Positions 33,813 to 48,453 of a DNA stretch of 64,000 bases are shown piece after piece. Numbering within the stretch: the first letter of the stretch is position 1; the number at the start of each line of letters is the position of its first letter. Both the position numbers and the translations under genes were made by a program. Location of the stretch: assembly GCA_043228905.1 (NCBI GenBank), contig JBHGNT010000009.1:21948001-22012000 (forward strand). The letters run 5' to 3'. A model generated the notes under the pieces. That model did not search any database. It saw nothing but the letters and a program-made list of their open reading frames with translations, and was not told the origin of the DNA. Source of the DNA: Azolla caroliniana. Taxonomy: Eukaryota; Plantae; Polypodiophyta.

Positions 33813-36800
33813 GTCCGGACAAAATAGGAGCCATTTGGCTGGACCATCCTAGCTATGTAGAGTTAGTTCCTAGTCGTGGTTCCATTTCATCAAATCAAGT
33901 GAGTCGAGTTTTTTCAGCACAAGTCGAGCTTACCACATCTACATGTCATCGAGTCCTAGCCTCTGCCCTTCTAGATTCTGGAGCCAACTCTTGTTTCATG
34001 GATCGTGAATTTGCCTTGTCACAAAACATCCTCTTGAATAAGCTTCCCAACCCAGTAGCCGTAGGAGTCATTGATGGACATCCCATAGCATCAGGAGATA
34101 TAGTCGAGGAGTCTGAGCCAATTAGGATAGTTCTTGGCAATTTGGCAAGCATAATCTCTTTCAACATTATTCGTAGTCCGGAACACCCAATAGTTCTAGG
34201 TCTCCCCTGGTTTGAACTCCATAACCCGAAGATTGATTGGATGAAAAGAACAATTGAGGAGACCTGGGAAAAAAGCACAAACCCTGCATCCCTCTCTCCT
34301 ACACGTGATAATAGATCCCCAGAGTTATCGCCCATCTCTTTACGACAGTTGCGAGAGGAAGGCGGGAACGAGGCCATGTTCGTCTTCGCAATAATAGCAA
34401 CTCCATCATCCACTTCACATGAGGCGGATATTAAACTTCTAGAGAAATACAAGGAGTTTTCAGATGTCTTTGATAAGGTGAAGGCCAATACATTGCCGGA
34501 GCATCGGCCATACGACTGCCCTATTGACTTACAACCAGGGAAAGAACCTCCATGGGGCCCAATTTATAATCTCTCCCCTGTAGAGCTAGAAACTTTGCGG
34601 GAATATATTGATGAGAATCTGGCAAACGGATTCATTCGGCATTCTAGATCCCCTGCTGGTGCACCTATCTTCTTCGTTAAGAAGAAGAATGGGACTCTTC
34701 GGTTGGTCGTGGATTATCGAGGGCTAAACAAAGTGACTATTTGGAATAGATATGCTCTACCATTAATCCCGAATCTTTTGGAACGTCTCAGTGGTGCAAA
34801 ATATTTCACGAAGTTGGACCTTCGCGGAGCATATAATCTAGTTCGGATTCGCCCGGGGGATGAATGGAAGACAGCTTTCCGCACTCACTATGGACATTTT
34901 GAGTATACAGTGATGCCATTCGGTCTCACGAATGCACCTGCTGTTTTCCAACATATGGTGAACGATATTTTTCGAGATTTTCTTGATATCTTCACTATAG
35001 TTTACCTAGATGATATTTTAATCTACTCAAAGAACCAAGAGGAGCATGATGAACATGTTCGTTAGGTACTGCGTCGACTCCGAGAATATGGTCTCTACGC
35101 AAAATTAGAAAAGTGTAGTTTCGGCCAGAATCAAGTGGAATTTTTGGGGTATGTTGTATCGTCAAATGGTATTGCTATGGACCCCATGAAGGTACAAGCA
35201 ATTTTAGAGTGGCAAACGCCCCTTTCAGTGCGTGATGTGCAATGTTTTCTCGGGTTTGCAAATTTTTATCGAAAATTTATTAAAGATTATTCCAAGGTTG
35301 TGCTTCCGCTTACTCAGCTCACACATAAAGATCGACCATTTATATGGAGTTCAGATGCAGCCGAGGCATTTGAAAGCTTAAAACGAGCATTTACAACGAC
35401 ACCTATCTTAGCACATGTCGGCCCAACAAAACGCTTCATCCTCGAAGCCGATGCATCCGATTTTGCACTAGGGAGTGTCCTCTCGCAGACTGGAGATGAT
35501 GGACAACTACACCCTGTCGCCTTTCATTCACGAAAGTTTGAAGCTGTAGAGATCAACTATGAGATCCATGACAAAGAGCTTCTTGCAATCGTGGATCCGT
35601 TTCAACAATGGCGACATTTCCTAGAAGGTTCTTCTCAGCAGATCATTGTCTACAATGATCATAAGAACCTGACTTATTTCCAAAATGCTCGAGTCTTGAG
35701 TCGGCGACAAGCCCGGTGGGCGCAATTTTTGACTCACTTCGATTTTATCATCATATATCGCCCTGGGATGCAGCAAGGCAAAGCAGATGCTCTTTCTCGG
35801 CGCTCTTATATGGAACTTCGTCTAGGGGAACCTGCATTTGAGCATCAAAAACAAATCCTTTTGGGTCCTAATCGATTACGATTAATGGTAGTTAATGCCA
35901 TAACAACTCTTGAAAATTCCACTCTTCTTGATTCCATTCGAGATCATATGGCCACTGATAATTTCGCCAAGGATGTTTTGGATCATATTGTCCCGGATCG
36001 TGCTTCTTGCTCACGGTCGAAAAATCCTCGTAATGACTATTGTCAGTTCTATTGGCATGGTGGTTTTCTATTTCGACAAAATTTATTGTATGTTCCTAAT
36101 GGTCCCCCACGGCTACAAGTTTTGCAACATTGCCATGACTCACCAATGGCTGGTCATTTTGGAGTTCACAAGACTCTAGAATTAATTTCTCGACGCTATT
36201 GGTGGCCTCACCTTCGTCATTTTGTTGAGGATTATGTTCGGAGTTGTGATATATGTTGTCGATCAAAGAATCCTCGTCACCGACCCTATGGCTTACTACA
36301 ACCACTTCCCATTCCGGAAACTCCTTGGAAGTCTATATCCTTGGACTTCATTACTGATCTCCCAGTTTCAAAAGGTTTTGATGCAATTCTCACAGTGGTT
36401 GATCGATTTACCAAAATGGCACATTTCTTGCCATGTACAAAGTCGATTACTAGTCAAGAGGCGGTTGATCTCGTTATGCGGGAGTTATTTAAGCATCATG
36501 GTCTGCCGGATGATATTATTAGTGATCATGGTCCACAATTCATCTCAAAGTTTTGGAAGCGCATGTTCAAACTTCTTCACATTTCAGTTAAGCTTTCTTC
36601 GGGCTATCATCCTGAAACAAATAGCCAAACAGAGCATACCAACCAGACATTGGAACAATATCTTCGTTGTTTCATCAACTATCAACAAGATGATTGGGTT
36701 GCTTTTTTGCACTTGGCGGAATTCGCTTACAACAACTCAGCCCATTCTTCTACAGGATATTCCCCATTTTTCGCAAATACGGGTTGTCATCCTCGGTGGA

Positions 36801-37450
36801 CGATGAATGCGCATCCAGAAGTTCCTACCAACCCTGCTGCCGAGGATCATCTTAGTCGCCTCCAAGAAATTCAAGCTAACATTCTCCACAATTTGCACGA
36901 TGCTCAATTTACACACAAGAGGCTTGCCGATCGTCATCGTCTAGACTCCTCAAAAAAGTTCCGCATTGGGGATTATGTATGGCTTCTCCAACACAACATC
37001 AAGACCACTCGACCTTGCAGTAAATTGGATTACCAACGTTTTGGTCCTTACATGATCACTGGTAAGATAAGTGATGTTGCATTTCGTCTTGACCTCCCTC
37101 CGCACATGCATCTTCATCCGGTGTTTCATGTATCCCTTTTGGAACCTTATACTACAAGTTCAATTTCGGGCCGACTTACGACACCCCCACCACCTGTCGA
37201 GTTCTTGGACGGGCCTGAATTTGAAGTTGCTGTCGTTCTCGATTCTAAAATCGTGCGCAACAAGCTGTATTACTTAGTCGATTGGCTAGGTTATACCCCC
37301 AATGATCGAACTTGGGAACCTGCCGCAAATCTTTCCAACGCTGCAGAACTCGTCAATGCATTTCATCACCAATATCCTTGTAAACCAGGTCCTAATACAA
37401 ACCCTACGACCCGTGAGACGTGTCGTCGAAGAAGGGGGATAGTATCATGA
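33800..37450 (+). pseudogene. Chromovirus pol in the -1 frame relative to gag, stop at 35063-35065
   Basis: LLDSGA protease, YLDDIL RT, EADASDFALG/HDKELLAI RNase H, HHCC and ISLDFI integrase, GPY motif, chromodomain YYLVDWLGY..TWEP. Confidence 0.93.
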
Positions 37451-39443
37451 TAACACTCACATCATGCATCGAAAGGATGATGACACTCACATTATGACTC
37501 GAAAGGATTTGAACCCACGACCTTGTTGTACACATGTCAAATCCTTAACCATTGTATTAATATTCTTATATGTATAGTCTCTAGAATATGAAATCTAATA
37601 TCATAGGAATATTCTATATTACTCTACATTCTAGAATGACCTAGAATATTCTAGAGTATTCTATACCACTAGAACCTTCTAGAATACTCTAGAGATCTTC
37701 TAGATTACTCTACATTCTAGGATAACGTAGAATATTCTAGAGTGTTCTCTATTACTTATAAATAGGGATCTACCACCCATCCCAAACCCAAATTGGTTCA
37801 ACTCCATTTTGTAGCCTACTCTTTGTAATCCATTTTACGCTTCAATACAATAATTCTCTTCAATTATCTCTCTATCTCTTTTTCTCTCTTTCTCTCTCTC
37901 AGTCTTGACAATAAGCAAGGATGAACCTCAAATCAATCATGGTCTCGAGGTGATGTTGGTGATGTAAGAGTACAATGTTGACTCTTTGGCCCCAAGTACA
38001 TCATAATAATCAGTGAACTAGGATATTTAGGGGAAACATAAATTACTTCCCTTTATAGAGATAGCTCTCTAAGTATCTATCTCTTTAAATACCTTGTTTA
38101 TTTTCAATCTTAATTATATAAAGACCGAGAAGCACCTCTTGATTTGGCACACATACATATCTCCTATAGCTTGTTTGTTGGGTATGTTAGAACCAACTAA
38201 TACCGGTTCATCATGAAGATCATTTTCACACGTGGAGAAAGATAGCCTTCTACCACCCGCCGTCGATGTCGTGAAGTTGAGGCTTTACGATATCAAAACA
38301 ATGTTAAAAATCTTAAGAAAGATATTTCCATCTTGAGCTTGCGACAAGGATTGTGTACGATTTTACAGTTCGTGAATCAAAGTTCAAAAGCCCAAGACGC
38401 AACCTCCGGAAGGATCAACGTTAGCTTCAAGATTACTTAGGACAAAAATGTAATTATATCAAAAGAGGCAGTTCAAAATCAAATAAGAACCATTTTGTAA
38501 TTTTTTAATTTATAAGAAGAAAAAAACGTCCATGTGTGAGGCGCTTTACAAACCGCCTCAACGAGGGTGGTAGGGCAGTGTCCCCCCTATAAAAGCCCCT
38601 CCAATGGTGGATGAAGGGGGAGGAGAAGAGGAGAAAGCGAGTGAAGAATCTCGCGAGGGTAACGAAGGTGCAGGTTGTAGAGAACGCTCAAGAAGATGGT
38701 GGTCTACATAATACAAGAGAAGAGCTAGAAAAAAAGAGGGGGAAGCAAGGAAAAGAAGAGCGTTGAAGTGATTTATCTCAAACACTTATTCTCAAATAAA
38801 GCGTGAGTTCAAATTTTGCCAAATTAGTTTAATATGTTCTGTAACACAAAGAAAGTTTTGTAAGTGGTTTATTTCATAAGCCTTATTTCTAAAAGAGGAG
38901 GAGCTAAGTTTGAGTCTTGCCAAATAACTTTTGGCAAACATTTACAAATAAATTTCTTTCGTGACAACGTCGATGAGGTCACATCTATCTTGCCTTCTTG
39001 CCATCGCACCATTCGCGATTACGCATTGTCATACCAATCATCCTCGAGTCACAGAACCCCAGCAGTTACGACACACAACCGCAATCTTTACAACATTGAG
39101 AGCGCACCTCACAGAAAACCTATGAAGCTCCACAACAACCAACAAAGTCAAGCTAATTCGTCAAAGCTCTCTCTAAGAGTCCAAGGGCTTTCCCCAAAAC
39201 CAGAGAGAACGTCCAATCGATTTGGGAAGGGAAAAATGGAACATCAAATTTAGATATGTGTCGATACAATGAGTTTGGTCTACCAAGAAGAAGTTACACA
39301 ATCTGTCTTTGTAGCAAGGTTGATCAGAAAAATAATGGTAACGAACCAAGTGTAGTATAAAACCCCAAAGGAACAACAAGATTGAAAAAACAGTTTTAAA
39401 ATCCCTACAAACTCTTGAGGTAAGATCTTATTCAAATATGAGG

Positions 39444-39527
39444 GTCGTAAAACTACCACTCTTTCCTTTTCATAATTGGTTACCTGACACTCATGGGGAG
39501 GCTCATTACAATAAATGTATGTTACTC
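39444..39527 (+). pseudogene. ndhD: Short plastid-derived fragment (NUPT) of NDH subunit 4
   Basis: [27 protein letters not shown] matches the conserved ndhD motif [26 protein letters not shown]. Flanks do not look related. Confidence 0.8.
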
Positions 39528-41629
39528 ATTAGTGGCTCGATTAAGGGGTACCCCTCGAGCCATAGTGAAAGTGAGCCTTATTGGGGCATATGTCACTACT
39601 TATTAACCCGTCACAAACTCCTTTTCTAAAAGAATAAGCAATGATGGCATCAAAGGAATAAACATTTGCTAACATTGTGCAAACAAATCAACCAAATCAA
39701 TTTCTAGGTATTTTCGTGTCTATGTAATTAGCAAGGTAGAAACAGTTAGGGTTTTTTTTCCATGTGCCCACCATTTGTTATAGGACGGAGCCCGTTGCCA
39801 ATGATCATGCCTTTATTCCCATTGGTTTAGTCAAGGGGTTGTGGACTTTGTGGTACCACCCACACAAGCTAGGTGGAACTAAAGTAGGAATAAAGAGATG
39901 TGGCACAATATAAGGAGATCCCAGGGCATTATAAAAGCTATAAAATACAGTTAGAGATAAGTATTTCAGTCTTCTTATTACATTTAAAGAACTTGAGATA
40001 GAGCTTAAGACTATCCTAATCCCCATCTCCTTCTAAGTCATTATCCTAAACCTAATATTCTCACCTATCATAAGATTCAAAACTTAAACTTCCATCTTAA
40101 GTTTTGGGTCGATTGTAACTTGTCAAGGCTTGCTTGTTGACGTAGGATCCTATTGACACTCACTCTTACTCATCTCACCAGCAAAAGATTAGACATTGTC
40201 TCACCAACAAAATATTAGACTTTGGTTCTAGCTAAGTTAGGTAATGCCAACTAGAATAACATGTGGTGATTCTTAATTTCCCCACATTATGAATAGATAC
40301 AAAACTAACCTTGTTTTTGCGGCTCGAGATTCATGTATGGAGTCAACTTAAGGGTGAAAATGGAATTATTAACATAGATTAGCACTAGCCACTTATCGAT
40401 GACTTGTTCTTGCCAATTTCATCATGTGATCTAAAGCCTAAATGACGAATGCTTGTGAACCCTTGACATTCCTTCATATTGTAACTTTGTGTTTCTACTC
40501 ATAAAAAATATGTGCTTGTATAATTGAATATGTGCTCATAAAAATATTAGATTTAATGGTAGTATAGAATGATGAGAATGTACTAGCAAGAGACGATAAC
40601 ATGTTATTCATTTAGTATGATACGTTATCTTAAAAGGTCCTTTAACATAGATTGAGAGATTTTCATTAAAGCTTATTTCATGCAAAAACATTAAGGAAAC
40701 CATGGCTTGAAATGAGTCTTGCAAGAAAGTCCAAACTAATTGAAAACTTATTTTTTCACAATTCTTCTCGTATATTTCAAATTTATATTAAGAAACATAC
40801 CCCCATTTTGTGATGATTAATGTGTTATGTCAAAGTTTCTGCATTTCCTCATAACATTTAAAATATGATAGTTTGAGTTGCTTTGGCATGACTATACATA
40901 CTCATCCTTCATTTACAATATAAACAATGCCCATAATCCATTTTGACATCTAAGACAACCATTAATTAATCCTTAGGCAATCTCTCTTATTTTAAACAAA
41001 CCATGGTTGTGGTCTCATTCATTTACTCCTTAAAGTTGCAATCGTTGTAAGAAACATGGAGTCAAAAAGCACATTTAATATATTTATTGTGCTAAACTAC
41101 TCTATTAATTGATGAACTTGTATGATGCATATCCGTTGTACCTAAAATTATGGAAAAAGAATATCATATGCTTCGTTGAATCGTCATATGTGTATGATAT
41201 TGACATTTCAATCAAATAGATGGCAATGAGGGCCTTGACAAGCCGAAGTGGGGATCATGTAAGTAATGATATGATTCAACCCCAGTATTTGTAATGGTAT
41301 CAATAATAATGATCATACCGCATATATCCAATGCAGTTTCCTTAGAGTACATATTCCTACAAGGGATAACTTTACAAATGAAAACTAATTGCATCATTGT
41401 GCGGTGGAGAATCAAGGAAACAAATTGTGGCTATTATGCAATCAAATGAAAACTAACTACATCAATGTGTGAGAGAATCAAGGAAAAAAAGAAAGTGGCT
41501 AGTATAAATGTCGAACGGCTATTTTAGAATGTTTTCGAAATCGTTCGGTTATTTTACTATATGTAGTAATTTTTCTTTCTTTTTTCCCCCAAAAAAATAG
41601 TTCCACGCTTAGTTCGCTTAAGGAAAATA

Positions 41630-42099
41630 AGGAGATATGGATGTTGGTGGCATGCTTCTCGGTCTGGCACATTTGGACCAGACGATGTATGTTTGTTTTT
41701 CAGCAACGAAAACTCCCAAGCGGTGAGGTGTTGCTAAACATTTGGTTCGAGCTGGTATCTTGGCTGCGCGGACAGTACAACTCAATTGAAGGGAACTCGG
41801 ATGCAGCAGACAGAGCTCGCTCAAAGTTTTTGCTGAAATGGGGTCGCTCTCCTATGATGGTTAATTCAGCGTCTGGTCCTAAATGGAATTACCAAGCACC
41901 AAGATGGTTGTTTCCGCCATTGGCTTCGTTGTGAATATGTGGTCACCATGGTGGTCACTATTTAAAAAGAGGCAGTGGGTTACTCTTGTTGTAAATAGTT
42001 AGGTGAGGATTATGCTGTTTTGATTATGGTTGTTCTTCGATGTAATTCTTTTGCTAACTAATGGGAAGTAGTGTTTTTTTTTGGAAAAAAAAAAAACAA
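41630..42099 (+). mobile_element. 5'-truncated L1-type LINE
   Basis: ORF2-like C-terminus WHIWTRRCMFVF..WNYQAPRWLFPP, poly(A) at ~42085-42096, 11-bp TSD TAAGGAAAATA (41619-41629 and 42100-42110). Confidence 0.82.
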
Positions 42100-45000
42100 T
42101 AAGGAAAATATTATTGAAAGTGGAATAAGTTCGACTTGGGTTCTCATAAGTTCATAGGGTTTCTTAAGGTATAAATTTGCCCAACATTTTATATTTGAGT
42201 GTGTGCTTCGGGTCCTTTCTTTTTAGGCATGACCAAAGGGCAACACCATCAAGTGGTGTAGTTATTCTTCAAAGTGAAAATTTGGGAATCTTAATTTCTC
42301 TTGTCTCCTGAAAAATAGGGAATCTCTTTCATCATCATGTTTCATTCCTCTCTCTCCAACTTTTCATTTGATCGGTTTGTCCGTTATTATGCAATGACTT
42401 CTATCCTATACCAATTTATCAAGTTCTCTCCCATTCTCTCTTTACTAGTACTCTGGAATCTCTATTTAATACTTGTTTGGTGATTCTAACATTCTTGTCA
42501 TTTGTTTGATATCATTTGTCTTGTCATCCTCCCTAGCACTTGTATTCCTACCATTTGAACAACTTGTTCCTTCTTTTTCCTCCCTTCGCTCATCCATGTA
42601 ATGACCTCTATCTTCATTCTTGATCTCAATTACTAATCCTTAGGATAAGCACTTGATGTTTTTTTTTACCTTGACAAGAATTCAAACAATTGAGAATCTA
42701 TATTGGTAAAATGACATTGACACTGAATTGCCATCACATCAGACTAACTACAATATGGGAACTCCAATTGTGAGAGAGATTACATAGAAGCAAGCACAAT
42801 ATGTGAACAATGATGCACATTAGAAGGATCAAGGTGTGAGTCTCCTATTGTATTGTTATATGAGATGGATCCGACAAACCTTCAGCGATCCACTACAACA
42901 AAAAAGGTTTGGGGCTTTCATACATGTTTAGTATTTTCCAAGAGTCATCGAAATTGGATCTCATGTTTTTGTCCCACTGATTGATGGGGATTTTCTTAGG
43001 ATCAAACTTGCTAATTTATTATGTTTGCATGGTCAAGTATACATGTATAATGTCAGAGGGCATGTATGTGTTTGTTTACATTAGTAAGAAAACATAACAC
43101 AAAGGAGTACAACATGCAAGAAAATGTTATTTTAAAATAGTTGAGGCTATCATCAAACAATATATTGTGCCTATCACTTTTCTACGTGCATCTAAAACAA
43201 GTTTAATTGTAATTTGTGCAAGCTCCCAATGTCAAACTAGTCTAGCAATACGTATATGTTGTGCACAAACGAATAATGTAGATACATTGTGCTTTTGCAA
43301 GCACATACATGAACATTTAGGTTTGGCTATTGGGTGGTATCTTAGAAATATTATTTGTGTTGTGGTGATCATACTATTAATAAAGAGTTCATAAAGTAAT
43401 TGAGTTTAAAACATACCCATAATTTGTCAATGGTGTCAAATATTTAAGCTTGCGTTTGAATTATCCTCATGAATTTCACCACACAATTATCATTTGAAGA
43501 TTCAAAAGTTTACATGGTTACATATACTTAAACGAACAAATGTTATGATGTCACAATGGAACTTGTCTTTGAACTTAGCAAATGATGAATTGGACTCTCA
43601 AAAAATGTACATAAAAAAATGTAATGGTTTAATTCAAGATCATGCACAATAATGATTTAGAGTTTCGTGGTTTCATTTGGCATCATGCACATGTACATAT
43701 TACTTCTATCTGTAACCCAAAAGTTCATAACATCACAAAATGAAGGTATACAATAGTGTACTTGAAGCATAGGCATAGAGGTAACAATATTGAGGCTATC
43801 TTACTAAGATACAAAAGACAAAATATGTTTTCATAAATTCATTCTTGCCTTCTTCATTAAAGTAAAAATTGTGCACAAATCTATCATAAGAAAATGCAAT
43901 TTGACTCATCTAACCCATTCCCAAAGAGTTGTTGTATTCATATGATGAAGATGTTGATGTTGCTTTGTGTTTGTCAATAGTAAGTAACAAAAACTCCATT
44001 GCATAATCAACTTTATTGTTGAGTTGATTGCTTATTGTAAAATATGTTAACAATCGAATTTTATGTTTCTTAATACATCCTAATACTAAAAAAAATCTTC
44101 AAAAACATGATATGATTATGGTATTAAGAACAGAATTTCCTCAAGTAAATGGTTATTCAAAAGAGTTCCTTGAAACAAAAAAAATGGCATAGGATTCTCC
44201 CTCGTTGGGGAAGTAGAGTACTTTTCTCTAAGTAAGAGTAAAGGAAGCATATACATAATGTGTGCGGTTCTCGATGAAGATAGACATCACAACAATGAAG
44301 GGCGTTCAATATTATTTTTCAACATATGGATCAATTATTCATTTATATATTGTGGTAGAGTTTCACCCACAATTTCGACATGGATCAATTATTCATTATA
44401 TATAAATGGGACTAATGTTATTGTACAAGTTTCATTTTGTTAACATGGCCTACAGAAGCCTAATACCAAGTGATTTCAACTCTTCTGTTAGGAAATACAT
44501 TTTTGTACATAAATGTTTGGGAAAAATCTATCAAAATGCATGGTCTTGGATAAGCTAAATTTGTGAAGGGATGTGAAACTCATTTTAGAATTGGTGAGCT
44601 TGAGGCTATAAACCGCATATTTTTGCACCGGATGTAAGGCCATTATTGAAATTGATGTAATCTTGGTCTCTTCCTCCACATCCAAGTGGTTGATTAGTTC
44701 ATAAAAGGTTCACATAACCACAACAAATGTGTGTACACATTATGTATGTATATGTATGGATGTCGCCATAGTAGAACAATAAAGGACTCAATCCGATTAA
44801 ATATAGTCAATAGAGTTAATGAACAAGAAAGTGGGTCGGTTTTATAGTCAAAATATTGCAGCTATCACGAGATAACTTATCATGTACGTAATACACAACA
44901 TTGCTTGCAACAGGTCATTGAGGTGCTACTCTATGATGGAAAGTGGTCTTCAATTATAGAAATGATCCATTTTTATTGTGTAGTTCAAAACGTTTGTCAT

Positions 45001-48000
45001 TGATCTTTAGAGTAACATATCACTTATGTCATTAGATACAAACTCAATGAGTTGTACTCATTTTTCACCACAAAGTAATGATTTCTATTGTTTGTTGGTT
45101 GTTTCTCATCTTTTAGTAGGCTTCCTTGTTAAATCATCACAAAGTACAATTGCATGCATGTAATTGTATAGGCTTTATTTTGTTTTCATTTGATTCCCAT
45201 TCTGCCATAGTTTCAAGTAAGGCTAGGCTCAAATGCAATGCCTAATGAAAGTGTGGCCAAACTTTCCAAATGCATGCATTATCTATATTTGTGAACCACA
45301 GAACTGGCAACAACTTGATGTAATCCGTATGTGGAATGCAAAAGGTTTACCATCTAATCATTGCACAACAACTTTGGCACTTTAGATGTGCATCAAAACA
45401 AGATTCTTAGCTCGAATTAGGGACACGGGCATGAATTAACAAGTCCTTATTTGTAAATGGAAACGTGTAAGTGTTGATCACAAAAACAACTTCACCCTCA
45501 TGTTTGTCCATGACTTAAATCATAACAAAAACCTCACAAGACATATCAAAACATATGATAATATTGATAATAACAATCACAAATATCATAATCATGAATA
45601 GAACCTTTAGTTGGGATTCCAAAACCTCATATAAGAAAAACATAAAGAGAGTGCTAAAATAAATATATAAAAATTCATCGATGTTGATCCATTAAACTTT
45701 TATCATGCATTGATTGTATTTGCTAGCGTTCCTCCCGACCCCGCAAACATATACGTATTGATTGAAGTTATGTGTGAAGTTATGTGTATAGCTAGCCTTC
45801 TTTGAATATAAATGTTAGCGTACAACATTATATTCTAAATCATACATGTACTTTTCATAACTCAACACACAATGCCAACTCCCTTTCATGCTAAAAGTTA
45901 AATGTCTTTTGTCCTAATCTATCACTGTAAATTGACAAAACGAATAAGTTCATTTGGTTGAAGACTCTTTGAAACCTCACATATGATCGAATGGTATTGT
46001 TATCTGAAGAGGCCATCGATTAGATTGACTAATTAACCATGAGTTTGGTTTGATGGAAAATGTTTGATCCGAACTAAATTAGATAAGTTATTTCTAGTGA
46101 GACAATGAATATCATAGATAGATGTATAACTTGTAATTTGTTTATTCGACAGTGAACATATCGTTCGTGTCAAATTGTATGCACCATTTAGGATAGTCAA
46201 AACACATGAAATTTGGGCATAGTCCAAGCGAGTGGGTATAATATTTAGACCACTCGGCACAAATTGTTTATAAAGATTAGGCAAGCCTAAGCGTATTTAA
46301 GATGATAGAGATAGATGATCCAATCAACTCCATGGGATAATAAAGGCCACTCAATACCAACTCATTTAATGATTCATTCCCTTGGCAACTACTCTAATTT
46401 AAGCATCAATGGCACAACAATTATCTTGATCAATGTAGATTACCGCAATGTTTAGGAACATTCGCACATAATCATTCTAGTTTAACAAGATGAAAAGATT
46501 GTGTCATGGACATAAATGTTTCTAAGTTGAGTGCCAAAAAGCAAATGATAGAATGAAAGGATTAGATTGTTTCGCCAAGGCACATACTTTTAAAGTTGGT
46601 GCTAACGATAGATCTTTTACAATTGGTTTTGACGGTTTGGAAGATGTGAATGAGCACTTTTGTGGGCCATGACACAAACGTCCAGACTCCAAACATATCA
46701 TTCCAACCAATGATTGACATAGGTTTCAACTTGTACAAGCCACTAGTCTAGTGTATCAAATTTGGTTCAGGAGAGTTGAAAGTGATGTTAAACAATCAAT
46801 GCTAAGAAAACTACGAGACTTTGTAAACACGAACTCTACCATGATTAAGGAATCATCTAGAAATAATTGGGATATGAGTTTAAGACATGCTAAACACAAA
46901 CTTTAATGTTGTGAATAGTTAGAATCTCAACATCATGTTGGTGTTAATCGTTGGTCAAAAAAGGGTCTAAAATTTCGACATGGAAAAGGTCTAAAATCTC
47001 TAAATCTCTACTAAACAAGGTAATCTCTTGATAGTTATAGTTAATATATTATAGGTAAAAAAAGGCAAGAGAACATTTGAACACTAGCTCTAAATGAAGA
47101 ATCAACAAGTTTATAATATGGGTAGTGCATTCAAGAAAAGGTCTTATGTTTTTAAACACAACACACAATATTATTTGTGATGTTTTTCATGTAGCTTATG
47201 CCCAACTTAGTTCGAGAATAGACAAATTTCCAAATTTAACAAGACAAGTATGATCATCATTCCCAAATAACAAGGAATTCCCGAATTTCAAATCTTCAAT
47301 AATCACCTCTCCTGTTATTTTTTGTGGTTAGTAATTAATGTTGGTGTGAAAATGTTGCAACATGGTTTTATTTTGTATGATTGATGTACATTGATCAGAT
47401 GTTTTCTACAATTTCCATGTCTCCTTCATGCATTAAATTCCGAGAGATCTTATTGAAGAAAGAAAAGCAAGTATCTTCTCTACAACATATGTTGGTCGAT
47501 TTTCTTACAAAGTCAATGACGAAGACAATGCACTTTGAGTGATGCAAAAAACCTAGCAAATCCAAGTTGTGGAGTGTGTTCACTGTTAAGTAGAACAAAA
47601 TCTCGGGATATGGAATAGTTACCTTAAGGGGGAATATTGAAATAAGTAAGTAATAATGCAAAATATTCAATAACCTTGTTATTATTAGGTAACCACCTAA
47701 CCACTTCTGAATCAAGGGGCTTCACACAAAACCCCCACTATTGTAATAAATATCTATTCTTCATCGTCTGAAATAAAAATGCACATTCTGTTTTGCATCT
47801 TTGTGCTCGATTTAACCTGAAGCCTTGTTGCTAGAAATATTTATATTGCGCGAAAGTATTTGCAATAAATAAACAAAATAGTAATGCAAAGATTCAATAA
47901 AATTCGTCATTATTATGTAACCAACTACCAAACCAACACAAGGTGAAGGGGCTTCACTACATGACGCCCACAACTTTTTAATAAATACCTATTTCTACCA

Positions 48001-48453
48001 ATGAGAATGTGCGACAACTTTGTAATAACTACCAAGTCTCCACCAATAGCAATGTGCCCCGTGTCCTAGGGACCTACGCGTACAATGAACTATAATTTAT
48101 AAAATATATCATGTATCATATTCGTGGCCTACAGCCACAAACTATAACTAGTCTCATCCTTGCTTTGTGATTCCCTCTAAGGCCTTGTTGGCCTACACCT
48201 TGATTCACTAGATTCCTCATAAACATTTGGCTCTTAGTATCTATAAGTTAGAGCCATATGTTGCTATTACATATTGATACTCATTAAAAAACAAGTAATA
48301 TAAATCCATAAAATTCCCCAAACCCTAAAATAGTTTGTGTCCCCTAATTTAGACATACATTCATGCATTTGATCTTCTGAACATCTAATATATCAAGATT
48401 TTATAACATGATTATTTACTAACATTAACATTGTAGAATCTTTGCCTTGGAAA

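Larger units (their letters stand above)
32132..37910 (+). mobile_element. Complete Ty3/Gypsy chromovirus (Tf1/sushi group, Tcn1-like), 5779 bp
   Basis: 468-bp near-identical LTRs at 32132-32599 and 37443-37910, TSD ATAAA/ATAAG, PPT gaagaaggggga before the 3' LTR, domain order gag-PR-RT-RH-IN-chromodomain. Confidence 0.96.

Noticed and set aside
148-37277. Numerous antisense or alternate-frame ORFs overlapping retroelement gag/pol
   Set aside because: Shadow ORFs of GC-richer TE coding sequence with no independent domain motifs.
42100-47600. Scattered 60-106 aa ORFs in AT-rich DNA
   Set aside because: No recognisable motifs or coherent exon chain; treated as intergenic.
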